Shown here piece after piece: positions 9,244-19,362 of a stretch of DNA of 64,000 nt (position 1 is the stretch's first letter; every line of letters starts with the position of its first letter). Source of the stretch: an uncultured Acidobacteriota bacterium. Its GTDB lineage: Bacteria; Acidobacteriota; UBA6911. The position numbers were made by a program, and so were the translations under genes. Below the pieces are notes generated by a model. The model was given only the letters and a program-made list of their open reading frames with translations, searched no databases and had not been told where the DNA came from. The stretch lies in NCBI GenBank assembly GCA_963827655.1, contig CAWHCF010000020.1, positions 128,001 through 192,000 on the forward strand. The letters run 5' to 3'.

Positions 9244-11106
9244 AATGATTGTCCTCTGCCGCTAGACCGAGTCTATCTTGCTCACACCCTTGCCGAGCCC
9301 GCCTTTGGAGACTCGCCTGATGACCTTTTCTACGTCAAGACGGCCGATGGCAGGCGAAGCATTGTCCGCCAATCAGCCGCCACAGGTCTGGCAAGCGTGA
9401 TCACGACGGAGCCGATGCCCAAGGGAGGAATCGGCTACGGCGGAGGGATTTTCCATGTAAGAGGCAGTTGCCTGGTCTATGCCGCCGAAGACGGAAGATT
9501 ACATCAAGTCGACTTGCAGACCGGCCGTCAACAGGCCATCACGCCCCCTGCTGAGGGAGTAGCCGCGCCCGTGATTTCGCCTTGCGGGAAATTTGTCGCT
9601 TTTCTCTGCGAGGAAGAAGACAGGTGCAACGTCTTGTTGGCCGAGCTGGGCGGCAAGGCCCTGCCAGTCAAGCTTTCGGATGACCCCTGGTACGCGTTTA
9701 ACCCGGCATTCTCAACCGACGGCCGTTGGATCGCGTGGCAAGAGTGGAACGAAATGGACATGCCCTGGGACGAATCAAGGTTGCAAATTGTTCGTCTTGC
9801 CCGGCCGGTGCACGACTGCATCGCGGCGCACCAGGTGTTTCCGCTGAACGCGACCACAATTTCCAAGCCGGGAGTCAGCTTTTCCTCGCCGCAGTTCAGT
9901 CCTGACGGAAAATTCCTCGCCTTCACGAGTGACGAAACCGGCTGGCGGTCACTCTGGGTGGCCGGCGCGGACGGATCCAATGCTGTGCGGCTGGAGACCG
10001 GGGAGGGAGAAATCGGCCGGCCGGATTGGATCCCGGGTTTGATATCCATGCGGTGGAGCGGAGACAGCCGGTCGATCTACACCGTCAGACGTCATGAAAG
10101 CCGGGACGCGATCCTGCGGGTGACGTGGCCGGACAGGAAAGTGACGGTGCTTGACACACAATGGACCGAGGTGTCCGGACTGAACGTCCTCCAGGATGCA
10201 TTAGGTTTCATAGGAGCGAGAGGCACGACTCCGCCCGCTCTCGTGACCCTTGACGGAAAGGGGAGCACCGAATGCGTCAGGGCCACCGGCGGTGTGGGCA
10301 TAATCGATGGGTCGTCTCTTTCCGAACCCAAGGTCATTTCATGGAAGACCGTTGGAGGCACAACCACCTGGGGCATTCTCTACCCCGCCCGAACAGCGGG
10401 GCCTGCCGGCGAGCCGCGCCCGTTGATTGTCTTCGTTCACGGCGGCCCGACTTCCGATAAAGCGATGACGTGGGACCCGCAAGCGCAGTATTTTGCTACT
10501 CGCGGCTGGCACTACCTCGTCGTCAATTATCGGGGTAGCAGCGGCTTTGGACGGAAATATCAAGACTCGCTCAACGGAGAGTGGGGCGTGCTGGATGTGC
10601 AGGATGCGCGATCGGGCGCCATCAACCTGGTTGATTCGGGACACGTGGACCCGGCGCGCGCCGTCATAATGGGCGGGAGTGCCGGAGGCTATACCACCCT
10701 CATGGCGCTGACGCTCGATCCGGACTTCTGGGCTGCCGGAGTCTCATTTTACGGCATCGGGAACATGTATGAGGTCAAGCAAGGTTCCCACCGTTTCGAG
10801 GTGAACTACGAGGAAAGACTCATCGGCAGACTTCCGGAGGCCGGCGCGCTGTGGAAGGAGCGTTCGCCTCTGACCCACGTCAAGAACGTGCGCGCGCCGG
10901 TGCTGTTATTTCACGGCACGGAAGACAAAGCCGTGCCCTACCAGCAATCCGTGGAGTTTGCCGAGGCTGTCCGGCGCAATGGAGGTATCGCCGACCTGGT
11001 CTCTTACCAGGGTGAAGGACACGGCTTCGTCAAGGAAGCAAACCGCCGGGATTTGATCGAGCAGATCGAAAAATTCTTGAACAAGTACGTGATCTGCCAG
11101 CAATGA
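9241..11106 (+). CDS. S9 family peptidase (start uncertain)
   Basis: Beta-propeller repeats; VHGGPT, GGSAGG, EDKAVP, EGHGF catalytic triad motifs. Confidence 0.9.
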   Translation, partial: SNDCPLPLDRVYLAHTLAEPAFGDSPDDLFYVKTADGRRSIVRQSAATGLASVITTEPMPKGGIGYGGGIFHVRGSCLVYAAEDGRLHQVDLQTGRQQAITPPAEGVAAPVISPCGKFVAFLCEEEDRCNVLLAELGGKALPVKLSDDPWYAFNPAFSTDGRWIAWQEWNEMDMPWDESRLQIVRLARPVHDCIAAHQVFPLNATTISKPGVSFSSPQFSPDGKFLAFTSDETGWRSLWVAGADGSNAVRLETGEGEIGRPDWIPGLISMRWSGDSRSIYTVRRHESRDAILRVTWPDRKVTVLDTQWTEVSGLNVLQDALGFIGARGTTPPALVTLDGKGSTECVRATGGVGIIDGSSLSEPKVISWKTVGGTTTWGILYPARTAGPAGEPRPLIVFVHGGPTSDKAMTWDPQAQYFATRGWHYLVVNYRGSSGFGRKYQDSLNGEWGVLDVQDARSGAINLVDSGHVDPARAVIMGGSAGGYTTLMALTLDPDFWAAGVSFYGIGNMYEVKQGSHRFEVNYEERLIGRLPEAGALWKERSPLTHVKNVRAPVLLFHGTEDKAVPYQQSVEFAEAVRRNGGIADLVSYQGEGHGFVKEANRRDLIEQIEKFLNKYVICQQ

Positions 11107-11245
11107 TCGTAGCTACTTCCTGTCAGCGAAAAGCCGGTGACGGGCACCAGATTACGGACACAGCGGGTGAAGGAAAAAGCCGATCCACGAAATTCGACGA
11201 CAGGGTTCAGAGTATATCTAGCACCGTGCAGGGGGACGAAGAGTG

Positions 11246-11734
11246 TCACGCCGCCTTGAATGCCCCGTGCAGCCGGTAGGTGCCCCAGGCAATCAGAAGA
11301 GAGGCGTCGCTTCCGGACTTCTCGAGAGTAATCTTGAGAGTGTCGATCGGCTTGTTTTCCTTCATGAAATGCAGAGGCGTCTCGACCACGACCGAAGCCG
11401 GATCCGGCTTGGCGCCGGTCGAAACCAGCAAGTTCCAATTCTTCTTTTCATCGGGTCGGGCGAAGAGAATGTACTTCCCGGGAGCCAATTTCTTGCCTGC
11501 GAAATCCAATGCCACGGACGTTTCGAGCGTCGTGGGATCGTCCATCCCCAGCCGCCACGTACTCCCGGGCTTGATCATTTCGTCTATATTGCGTCCCTTC
11601 AGCTTCGGGGTGCCATATTCAATTTTGACCTTGCCCTTGCCCAGCTCAACGGAGGCCGAGTCTCTGGTATGCTCATGCGCCATCAGGCCCGCGGTGATGA
11701 AACAGATCGAGACAATTACGAATGCGCGTTTCAT
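11246..11734 (-). CDS. DUF2911 domain exported protein
   Basis: AGGAGG RBS; signal peptide; IEYGTPKLKGR, WRLGMDDPT, PGKY.LF and IAW motifs. Confidence 0.8.
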   Translation of the reverse strand: MKRAFVIVSICFITAGLMAHEHTRDSASVELGKGKVKIEYGTPKLKGRNIDEMIKPGSTWRLGMDDPTTLETSVALDFAGKKLAPGKYILFARPDEKKNWNLLVSTGAKPDPASVVVETPLHFMKENKPIDTLKITLEKSGSDASLLIAWGTYRLHGAFKAA

Positions 11735-11793
11735 TTTTATCCCTCCTGGATTCTTGGTGTTTCTTCGTGTCTTCGTGCCTTGGTGGTATTTGT

Positions 11794-12576
11794 TTACTTC
11801 TTCGCGGACTGCACCCATTGAATGAATGGGAGGATCGCGGCGAGTTCCTCATCACTGTAACTGCGCGCGACCGCCTCGTGCCGCCAGTTGCTTCCCTCGG
11901 CCAGAGACCGAATTTCCGGTCTCGAGAGCGTGCGCAACACGGGCAGCTCGGTCGTAAGATCGTACAGCTGTATGAATTCATCCTTCTGTCCCGCTCTCAA
12001 CGCCGGAAAGGTATCGCCGTCGCTTAGCCGGGCAGTCAGCACGTGCTTCGGAGACTTGCTGCGCGCGGCGGCGATGAAATCCGGCGCTTTCCCGGACGCC
12101 AGGGTCAACAAGTCGGGACCGATTGCAGCTCCCCGGCCGCCGAGAGCGTGACAGCTGCCGCAGCGCGGGGTGCGCGTGGCTTCGAAAAACAGATCCTGGC
12201 CGCGCCTGGCTGCCGGCGGTCCGGCAAATTCGGCCAGGGTTGCCGGACCTTCGCCGGGAGGCATCGGGTTTGAAGGCGGGACCAAATCAGAAGCTGAGGC
12301 CAGACCCATGATGTAGTCCACGACCGCCGCGATCTCCTGGTCGGAAAGGCGTCCCTTCCATCCGGGCATGGCCGAATCGGGAATGCCGTCGCGCGTTACC
12401 TTTTCGACGTAGCTGCGCTCGAGCTTGCGTCCACGCAGACGGGGACCGCGCCCGGCAGATCCGGCGACTCCATGGCAATATCCCACCGAGCAGCTCTGGG
12501 CGAAGATTCGTTCGCCGTTCGGATTCACTTCTTGTCCCACGCTGCTCCCGAAGATGAACAGAAGGAGCCACATCAC
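11794..12576 (-). CDS. Di-heme c-type cytochrome, probable partner of the PQQ dehydrogenase
   Basis: CSVGYCH and CGSCH heme motifs; MPGW distal ligand; IGPDL; 4-nt overlap with upstream gene. Confidence 0.85.
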   Translation of the reverse strand: MMWLLLFIFGSSVGQEVNPNGERIFAQSCSVGYCHGVAGSAGRGPRLRGRKLERSYVEKVTRDGIPDSAMPGWKGRLSDQEIAAVVDYIMGLASASDLVPPSNPMPPGEGPATLAEFAGPPAARRGQDLFFEATRTPRCGSCHALGGRGAAIGPDLLTLASGKAPDFIAAARSKSPKHVLTARLSDGDTFPALRAGQKDEFIQLYDLTTELPVLRTLSRPEIRSLAEGSNWRHEAVARSYSDEELAAILPFIQWVQSAKK

Positions 12577-14240
12577 TGACCACCTTCAGGAACGGCAAAG
12601 ACGAACATCGTCGAGCCGGTACGAAACTTTTCCGTCTCCGGCCAGAGCTGGGGTAGAAGCCCGGCTAATGCGGAACCCCAGCCGGAAGGAACGGCTATGT
12701 ACTGCTTTCCCTTGACCGAATACGAAATCGGGGCGCCGCGAAGCCCGGAGCCCGTCTGAAAGCTCCAGAGCTTCTCACCCGTGCGCGCGTCGAGGGCAAA
12801 GAAATAACCTTCGGGATCTCCGGTAAAGACCAGGTCGCCGGCTGTCGCTAGAATCGACGCGAGCAGCGGATATTTCGAGCGGTAAGTCCAGAATTTCTTT
12901 CCGGTGACGGGGTCATATGCATCCAGGTGGCCATAGGCCTTGCCCGACGGGGGATGTTTCAGCTGGAAGATGCCGCCAAAAAAATTCATGCCTTCCTTGG
13001 GTTGCTCTTTTTGAACGGTAACCTCCTGGCACCATTCGATCCCGTGCGTGAAATACCGGCCAAGCTTGGCAGAGTAAGCCCCCTGGTTCCACTGCCGCCC
13101 TCCTCCGATGCTCGGACAGATCAAACTGGGAACGCCGATCGCCGGCTCATTGCGTCCTACGAGCTCGCCCTTTTCATTTACTCCCTTGATCCAGTTGATC
13201 GTTTCTGCGACCGGCCAGGCGGAAACGAATTCTCCATTGGTGCGATCTACGACGAAGGTGTACCCCCCCTTGTTGGTATTCAGGAGCAGCTTGCGAGGCT
13301 TTCCCTTCACCGGAAGGTCGAGCAGGACGCATTCGTAAGCCGAATCCCAGTCCCAGACATCGTGCGGTACCTGCTGGAAGTACCAAGCGAGCTTTCCGGT
13401 ATCCGGATCCAGCGCGACCACGCTGTCAGTGTACAGGTTGGCTCCCCGGCGTGAATCGCCGTAGAAGTCGGCGGCTGGATTGCCGATCCCCCAATAGATC
13501 AGATTGAGCTCGGGGTCGTAGGAGCCGGTCATCCAGCTCGAGCCGCCGCCGTATTTCCAGCTATCTCCGCTCCAGGTCTCGTGTCCTTTCTCTCCCGGTC
13601 CCGGGATGGTCCAGAATCGCCACGCGAGCCGGCCGGTCCGGACATCGAAGGCCGTAATGTAGCCTCGGTGAGCGGAGTCGCCGGCGGTGACGCCGACGAT
13701 GACTTTGTCCTTTACCACCAGAGGGGCTCCCGTGATGTTGCAGCCGCACTGGCGCATGTCTTCGACGTTCACCTTCCACAGCTCGCGGCCGGTCTTCTGA
13801 TCCAGGGCGACCAGGGAATTGTCGAGTGTTCCCGTGAAGACGCGGCCGCCGGCGACCGCCACGCCCCGGTTCCAGGGGCTATAGATGATCCCGACCTGGC
13901 GCGGGTTCTCGTAGTAGTAGTGCCAGAGCTCGGCGCCGGTTGCGGCATCCAGCGCAAAGACGCGGTTCCACGAGGACGTGAGATACATCACCCCATCGAG
14001 CACGATCGGGGTGCCCTGCAGCCCTCCGTCCACGACGCCCGTCTGAAACGCCCAGACCGGGGCGAGTTGCTTTACATTGCCTCGGCTGATCTGATCGAGC
14101 GTGCTGTAACGCCAGAACCGGTAGCTGCCGCCGTATTGCGGCCAGTTGGCGCCGGTGCCGCCGTCTTGAGCCGCGCCTCCGGCGCTCGACAGAAGCACCA
14201 GAAGGATCGGCATCACCTTGTTGCTTTTGAAGGTTCTCAT
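12573..14240 (-). CDS. PQQ-dependent dehydrogenase, methanol/ethanol family
   Basis: Signal peptide; ALDA.TG..LW propeller repeats; GNP, HDVWDWD, CPSIGGG, GKQYIAV.SGWG. Confidence 0.9.
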   Translation of the reverse strand: MRTFKSNKVMPILLVLLSSAGGAAQDGGTGANWPQYGGSYRFWRYSTLDQISRGNVKQLAPVWAFQTGVVDGGLQGTPIVLDGVMYLTSSWNRVFALDAATGAELWHYYYENPRQVGIIYSPWNRGVAVAGGRVFTGTLDNSLVALDQKTGRELWKVNVEDMRQCGCNITGAPLVVKDKVIVGVTAGDSAHRGYITAFDVRTGRLAWRFWTIPGPGEKGHETWSGDSWKYGGGSSWMTGSYDPELNLIYWGIGNPAADFYGDSRRGANLYTDSVVALDPDTGKLAWYFQQVPHDVWDWDSAYECVLLDLPVKGKPRKLLLNTNKGGYTFVVDRTNGEFVSAWPVAETINWIKGVNEKGELVGRNEPAIGVPSLICPSIGGGRQWNQGAYSAKLGRYFTHGIEWCQEVTVQKEQPKEGMNFFGGIFQLKHPPSGKAYGHLDAYDPVTGKKFWTYRSKYPLLASILATAGDLVFTGDPEGYFFALDARTGEKLWSFQTGSGLRGAPISYSVKGKQYIAVPSGWGSALAGLLPQLWPETEKFRTGSTMFVFAVPEGGQ

Positions 14241-14267
14241 AGTTGATTGCTGTGGCTCCCCCTCCGG

Positions 14268-15065
14268 CTATGGCCGCGGTTCTTCGCCCAGCTCACGGAT
14301 CCAGATGTTCCGGAACCGAACGGGATTGGCGTGATCCTGGAGAGCCAATGGCAGCTTGTCCGGATGCGCCTTGTACGCGGGCCGATCTTTGTGTGCGGTC
14401 GGGCCCGTGAGCTCGACGTTCTCCTGGACCAGCACGCCGTTGTGCAGCAGCGTGACGCGGGCGGGCCGCAGCAGCTTGCCCGATGAGTCAAAGCGGGGTC
14501 CGCGGAAGATCGCGTCATAAGTCTGCCATTCACCGGGCTTGCGCGAAGCGTTAACCAAAGGCGGGAACTGGCCGTAGACTGCGCCCGCCTGCCCGTCCGG
14601 GTACGTCTTGTTGTCGTAAGAGTCGAGCACCTGGATCTCGTACGTTCCCATCAGGTAGACGCCGCTGTTTCCCCGTCCCTGACTCTCGCCCACGGCCGGC
14701 GTCGGCGTTCTCCACTCGATGTGCAGCTGGCAGTCGCCGAATGGCTGCCGGCTCCAGATCATACCGGTTCCTTTGACGGTTTCCATGTAGTTATTCTCGA
14801 CCTTCCATTTTGCGGCCTCGTTGTCTTTACCGCGCCACTGGGAAAGGTCCTTGCCGTCAAACAAGACGATTGCGTCCGATGGGGGCCGGCCGGGCTGCTC
14901 CTGCGTGCTTGCCGTGGCGGGTTCGATGACACGCGGCTGGGGCCGGTCCATATCATGGACCTTCCATTGAGTCTGGCCGAAAAGCAGGAAACATCCGAAC
15001 GCCGCGACACAGGGCGTGGCAACGGCTGTCATGAAACGGCTGAGTGCTCGAGAGGGCCTAGTCAT
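14268..15065 (-). CDS. DUF1080 (3-keto-disaccharide hydrolase-like) protein
   Basis: LFDGKDL, GNSGVY, YEIQVLDS, LQDH, FRNIWIREL. Confidence 0.9.
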   Translation of the reverse strand: MTRPSRALSRFMTAVATPCVAAFGCFLLFGQTQWKVHDMDRPQPRVIEPATASTQEQPGRPPSDAIVLFDGKDLSQWRGKDNEAAKWKVENNYMETVKGTGMIWSRQPFGDCQLHIEWRTPTPAVGESQGRGNSGVYLMGTYEIQVLDSYDNKTYPDGQAGAVYGQFPPLVNASRKPGEWQTYDAIFRGPRFDSSGKLLRPARVTLLHNGVLVQENVELTGPTAHKDRPAYKAHPDKLPLALQDHANPVRFRNIWIRELGEEPRP

Positions 15066-15110
15066 GTTCTCTCCTTTTTTGACACCATCGATCTTAGAGA
15101 AATGAAGTAT

Positions 15111-16112
15111 TCAAGGACTTGCACGCCGAATACCGAAAGCTACCTGCAAAACAAACCCGTGGGTTCCTGATGCGAAAACGAGGTTCGCGGGATCTTCGTC
15201 TATATGGTTGAGCGAGGCTCTGTATCCGGCTGCGAACGAGAGGCCGCTCCTGGGGTACAGGCGCAGGCCGAGGATGAGATCCACCGGATTCTGTGGATTG
15301 AGGCCTACGTCGCGGTCGCCGGCGTAAACCTTCACGTCCAGCTCCACTATAAAATGGAAAATCCCCCGCACTGGAAACGCAGCGCCTGCGCGGTAAATAA
15401 ACTCATGGCCGATGTCGACGTGGAATTCCTCGGGCCGGTCTCTCGGGCTTCGCACCAGGTTCACCAGAAAATTCGCATGAAATTGAGCGCGTCTCTGCAC
15501 CCGCTTCGAGACCAGGGCGCCGAATCCCCCCTTGAGTAGGCTCGAGGATAGTCCTCGATTCTGCCCGGTCGCCGAATTATTGGTTTCCATGGTTCCCATA
15601 AACACTCCGGCGAGCCCGAATGGCCGTCCGGCTTCCTCCGACAGAAAAGCATACTTGGCACCGCCGAGGAGATTGCCGCGCCCGGTGGCTTCGGGTACAT
15701 CGATGAACAACGCTTCGCTGGTAAAGTGCACCACCCCCAGTCTTGTGGTTGCAGGCAGGGGAAGCTGACCGGGAAGCACCCGGTAGGTCTGGATGCCTGG
15801 CGCCTCGATATGTTTCTGAACATCCCAGCTCGCAAAAACCTCGAAGTTTCGGAAAATTCCGATGGCGGTCGACACGGGATAAGTGATAATGCTGAGCTCA
15901 CCAGGATCGCGGTGAAAATGGTTCGCCCCGATGCTGAAGTTCGCCTCGCCCGGATAGAGAGGCTCGGCGTCCCAGACCTTGAAGAGTCCGGTAGGACCGT
16001 CAAGGCTGCCCGATCGCTTGGTCTCGTCGGATTGCTGCGACAATGCAGGCTCGCAGCCGAGGATACTGAACAACATCACAAGGAAAGCTCCCAGCTGTTT
16101 CACGGTCGTCAT
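15111..16112 (-). CDS. Hypothetical exported, probable outer-membrane beta-barrel protein
   Basis: Signal peptide; GPTGLF.VWDA start; alternating hydrophobic strands; no catalytic motif recognised. Confidence 0.6.
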   Translation of the reverse strand: MTTVKQLGAFLVMLFSILGCEPALSQQSDETKRSGSLDGPTGLFKVWDAEPLYPGEANFSIGANHFHRDPGELSIITYPVSTAIGIFRNFEVFASWDVQKHIEAPGIQTYRVLPGQLPLPATTRLGVVHFTSEALFIDVPEATGRGNLLGGAKYAFLSEEAGRPFGLAGVFMGTMETNNSATGQNRGLSSSLLKGGFGALVSKRVQRRAQFHANFLVNLVRSPRDRPEEFHVDIGHEFIYRAGAAFPVRGIFHFIVELDVKVYAGDRDVGLNPQNPVDLILGLRLYPRSGLSFAAGYRASLNHIDEDPANLVFASGTHGFVLQVAFGIRRASP

Positions 16113-16394
16113 CGCGTATCTCGATTGTTGGTGGGTTTTGGATGTCAACGGACAAAATGCACCTTAAATTGAAAGCGGTTGCGAACCGCAAGATCCGCGA
16201 CCGGTTTTCAACCCAACATCGGGGGAAGCCTATCGCTTCATCGGGAAGAGAAAGACGGGCCGGATCTCCTCCCCGCACTCAACCAAGACTCGAAACGGCG
16301 CGAAGCCAACCCAATATTCGCCGACTTGACGAGAAAGTCAATATGATGGTGTAGCGCGTCTTAGCCGCAAACCACATTGCGCGCGAGGTGTTCA

Positions 16395-18005
16395 ATGCAA
16401 GAAAACGTCATCAGCGATCTTCACCGGAAAAAGGTTGTGAGCGGGGCCGGCAAGGTCCTTCTGTGGCTGGCCGGTTTTCCGCTGTTTGCCTTCGGGGCGC
16501 AGTCTCGAGGCGCGGAGACTTCGCCTCGTCCCAACATCGTGTTCATTCTTTCTGACGACCAGGCGCACAATACCCTGAGCCTCGCGGGCCATCCCTATAT
16601 CAAGACGCCGAATCTCGATCGTCTGGCTCGAGAGGGAGCATGGTTCCGGCAGGCGTCGGTTGCAACTCCCCTCTGTGCGCCCAGCCGCGCCGCATTTCTG
16701 ACCGGACTGTACGGACACACCTCCGGCTTTCGCACCAACGTTGGGCCATGGCCGGAGCGTTTCCCTCCCAGTTTCCTCAGCGTGGCCCGCGATGCCGGCT
16801 ATCGGACGGCCTTCGTCGGCAAGAAGCACATTTACAACACCGATGAGCCGCTGCCAGGGATTGACCGCTGGGTGAGCTTTGTGAATCAGGGATTGTTCGT
16901 CGACCCCGACGTGAATATCGACGGCGAGAAGCGGAAACTCAAGGGAGCCAATGGCGACCTGCTGACCGATTTCGCCGTCGAGTTCATCCGCCAGAATCGC
17001 GACCGGCCGTTCGCCATGATGGTGGCTTACAAGGAAGCGCACAGCCAGCAAACCGCGCCTCCTCGATTCGACTCTATGTTCGAGCAGGACAAGATCTCGC
17101 TTCCGCCGACGTTCAATGAAGACAAGGCGACCAAGCCGGCCTTCTTTCATGCGGTCACGAACGTCCCTGACAGCGGCTTCGCCCAGCCGAACCCGGCCGC
17201 TCCCCCGACCGGTTTAACCCGCGAGCAGCTTGCGGTGAAAAAGATCAAGAACTACTATCGCTGCATCGCCGCGCTCGACGATTACGTCGGACGCATTCGA
17301 AAAGCGCTGGAGGAAGCCGGCCAACTGGATCGAACGATTCTGGCGTATGCGGGGGATAATGGGTATTTCCTGGGCGATCACGGGCGCTTCGAAAAGATGA
17401 CGCCGCACGAAGAGTCCGTTCGGGTTCCATATTTGATGCGCTATCCTCCTGTGATTCGCGCCGGCACGGTGAGCGACGAACTGGTTCTCAATGTCGATCT
17501 GGCCCCTACCCTGTATGATCTTGCCGGACTCAAGGGCCCGGATCGAATGGACGGCCGCAGCCTGCGGCCGATATTCGCCGGCCGCGGCCGCGCTTCAGGA
17601 TGGCGGCAGGAGGTCTATCATACGTGGCAGGGTATCGAGGGCGTTATTCCCCGAGATACCCCGGGGTACGTCATGCCTCCCGGCGCGCCCGCTCCGGCCG
17701 CCGCCCAGCCCCGTCCCGGCGCCGGCCAGCCTCGTCCGGCGGCGCCTCTAGCCCCGGTTCCGACATGGCGCGCTCTCCGAAGCCGCACATATAAGTATGC
17801 GGTCTACGTGAACGGAGATCTTTCGGAGCTTTACGATCTGAAAGCCGACCCCACGGAGACGCGCAATTTGATTCACGACCCGTCGCAGAAATCTCGTATC
17901 CAGGAGTTGCATCGCCGTCTGCTCAAGGTGGCCGATGAGGTCGCGGATCCGTTGCGCAATTTGTTGCCCAAGGGTCCATCACTCACTCGCAGCGAGAGCA
18001 ATTAG
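16395..18005 (+). CDS. Sulfatase (Cys-type FGly), N-acetylglucosamine-6-sulfatase-like
   Basis: PNIVFILSDD, CAPSRAAFLTG, GDNGYFLGDHG, ELYDLKADP.E..NL. Confidence 0.92.
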   Translation: MQENVISDLHRKKVVSGAGKVLLWLAGFPLFAFGAQSRGAETSPRPNIVFILSDDQAHNTLSLAGHPYIKTPNLDRLAREGAWFRQASVATPLCAPSRAAFLTGLYGHTSGFRTNVGPWPERFPPSFLSVARDAGYRTAFVGKKHIYNTDEPLPGIDRWVSFVNQGLFVDPDVNIDGEKRKLKGANGDLLTDFAVEFIRQNRDRPFAMMVAYKEAHSQQTAPPRFDSMFEQDKISLPPTFNEDKATKPAFFHAVTNVPDSGFAQPNPAAPPTGLTREQLAVKKIKNYYRCIAALDDYVGRIRKALEEAGQLDRTILAYAGDNGYFLGDHGRFEKMTPHEESVRVPYLMRYPPVIRAGTVSDELVLNVDLAPTLYDLAGLKGPDRMDGRSLRPIFAGRGRASGWRQEVYHTWQGIEGVIPRDTPGYVMPPGAPAPAAAQPRPGAGQPRPAAPLAPVPTWRALRSRTYKYAVYVNGDLSELYDLKADPTETRNLIHDPSQKSRIQELHRRLLKVADEVADPLRNLLPKGPSLTRSESN

Positions 18006-19171
18006 TGCTGTTGGTGTTTCTTGGTGTCTTGGTGTCTTCGTGGTTAGCCTCCCTCAAGAAGGCCAGGGAGGTGGCCTCCTCTTTCTCCAGTCCATTCGAG
18101 GACGAATGATTTGACATGATTTCCAGTTTCTCCAGCAGCGAACCACTGGTATACGATTCGATAATTAGCGGATGCACATAACACTTTCGGCAAATCGCAG
18201 GGGTGTTGCCGAGCTGTTCTGCGACGATTTTGATCGCCTGAACGATGTGCTTCTTTGCCTGTCTCGCCGGGTTCGAACGTCCCGCTTCCTTGAGCGCCGA
18301 AACGGCCAGTACTGTCCCCGCCCAGGTCCGGAAATCTTTGGCGGTAAAGTCATGACCGCTTATGCCGCGAAGATACTCGTTCACATCTGAAGAGTCGATC
18401 TTCCGGCGTTCACCGTTTTCATCGATGTACTGAAACAGCTCGTACCCCGGTATGTCTTGACACCGCTTGACGATTCGGGCCAGGCGAGGGTCGCTGACTT
18501 CGACGGTATGTTCTTTTCCCCCTTTTCCACGAAATTGAAACTGAAGCCGCGAACCGGACACTTCAACGTGGCGGTCCCGAAGCGTGGTCAGGCCGAAAGA
18601 ATTGTTGGTCCGGGCATATTCCGGGTTGCCCACTCGAATGAACGTTACCGCCATCAGCTTGACGACGCTCGCGAGTACTCTTCTCGCGAGGAAGGCCGGG
18701 CAGTGAAAGATCGCGTTCGACACGCTTTCGAAGGCGCGGGAGGGCCTCTCCAAAGGCGACCATCCGTTCGAACTTCGTCTCGTCGCGCGTTTCGCGCCAG
18801 CGGCGATGATAGCGATACTGCTTGCGACCGCGCGCATCGCGACCTGTCGCTTGCAGGTGACCCTCAGGAATGGGACAGATCCAGACGTCAGTCCAGGCTG
18901 GCGGAATAGCAAGGGCTCGGATTCTTCGCAGTTCCGCTCGATCGCGGATCGGCTTTCCGTTGGTTCCCAGGTAGTAAAATCCCTTCCCGGCGCGTTTACG
19001 CCGGATCCCGGGGCTATTGTCGGTCGTGTATCGGAGCCGGGCGGCTTTGGCCGATTCGACCGGATCGACAGGCGGCGCAGTTTGGACTGCGCGAGTCCGG
19101 GTTTCCCTCGTCACACGAACATGGTGGAAGTAAACTGTGCGCCGACGTGTATTTCGAGACTTCGCGATCAT
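17983..19171 (-). CDS. DNA topoisomerase IB (bacterial, poxvirus-like), frameshift near 18680
   Basis: LAIPPAWTDVWI, GHLQATGRDARGRKQYRYH, IRVGN..YA, F.GKGGK, AKDFRTWAGT, LGNTPAICRKCYVHP. Confidence 0.92.
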
Positions 19172-19362
19172 GAATCTCCATGAAAGGCGGAACAACTCGA
19201 CGACCATTGATTCCACCCACAGGGTCTGCTCCTAGCAATTGGCATGCCAGAGGCTCTCGACAAAAACCGCCGCCAAGACAGCGAGGACTCAAAGAAACGT
19301 CAGGGCGCTGGTGTATAGTGAGGTTAGTCAACGTACCCGATTGTTTCAGGAGGATACCCGTC

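Noticed and set aside
17670-17765. Pro/Ala-rich stretch in the sulfatase
   Set aside because: In-frame low-complexity loop with no boundaries suggesting an intein or insertion.
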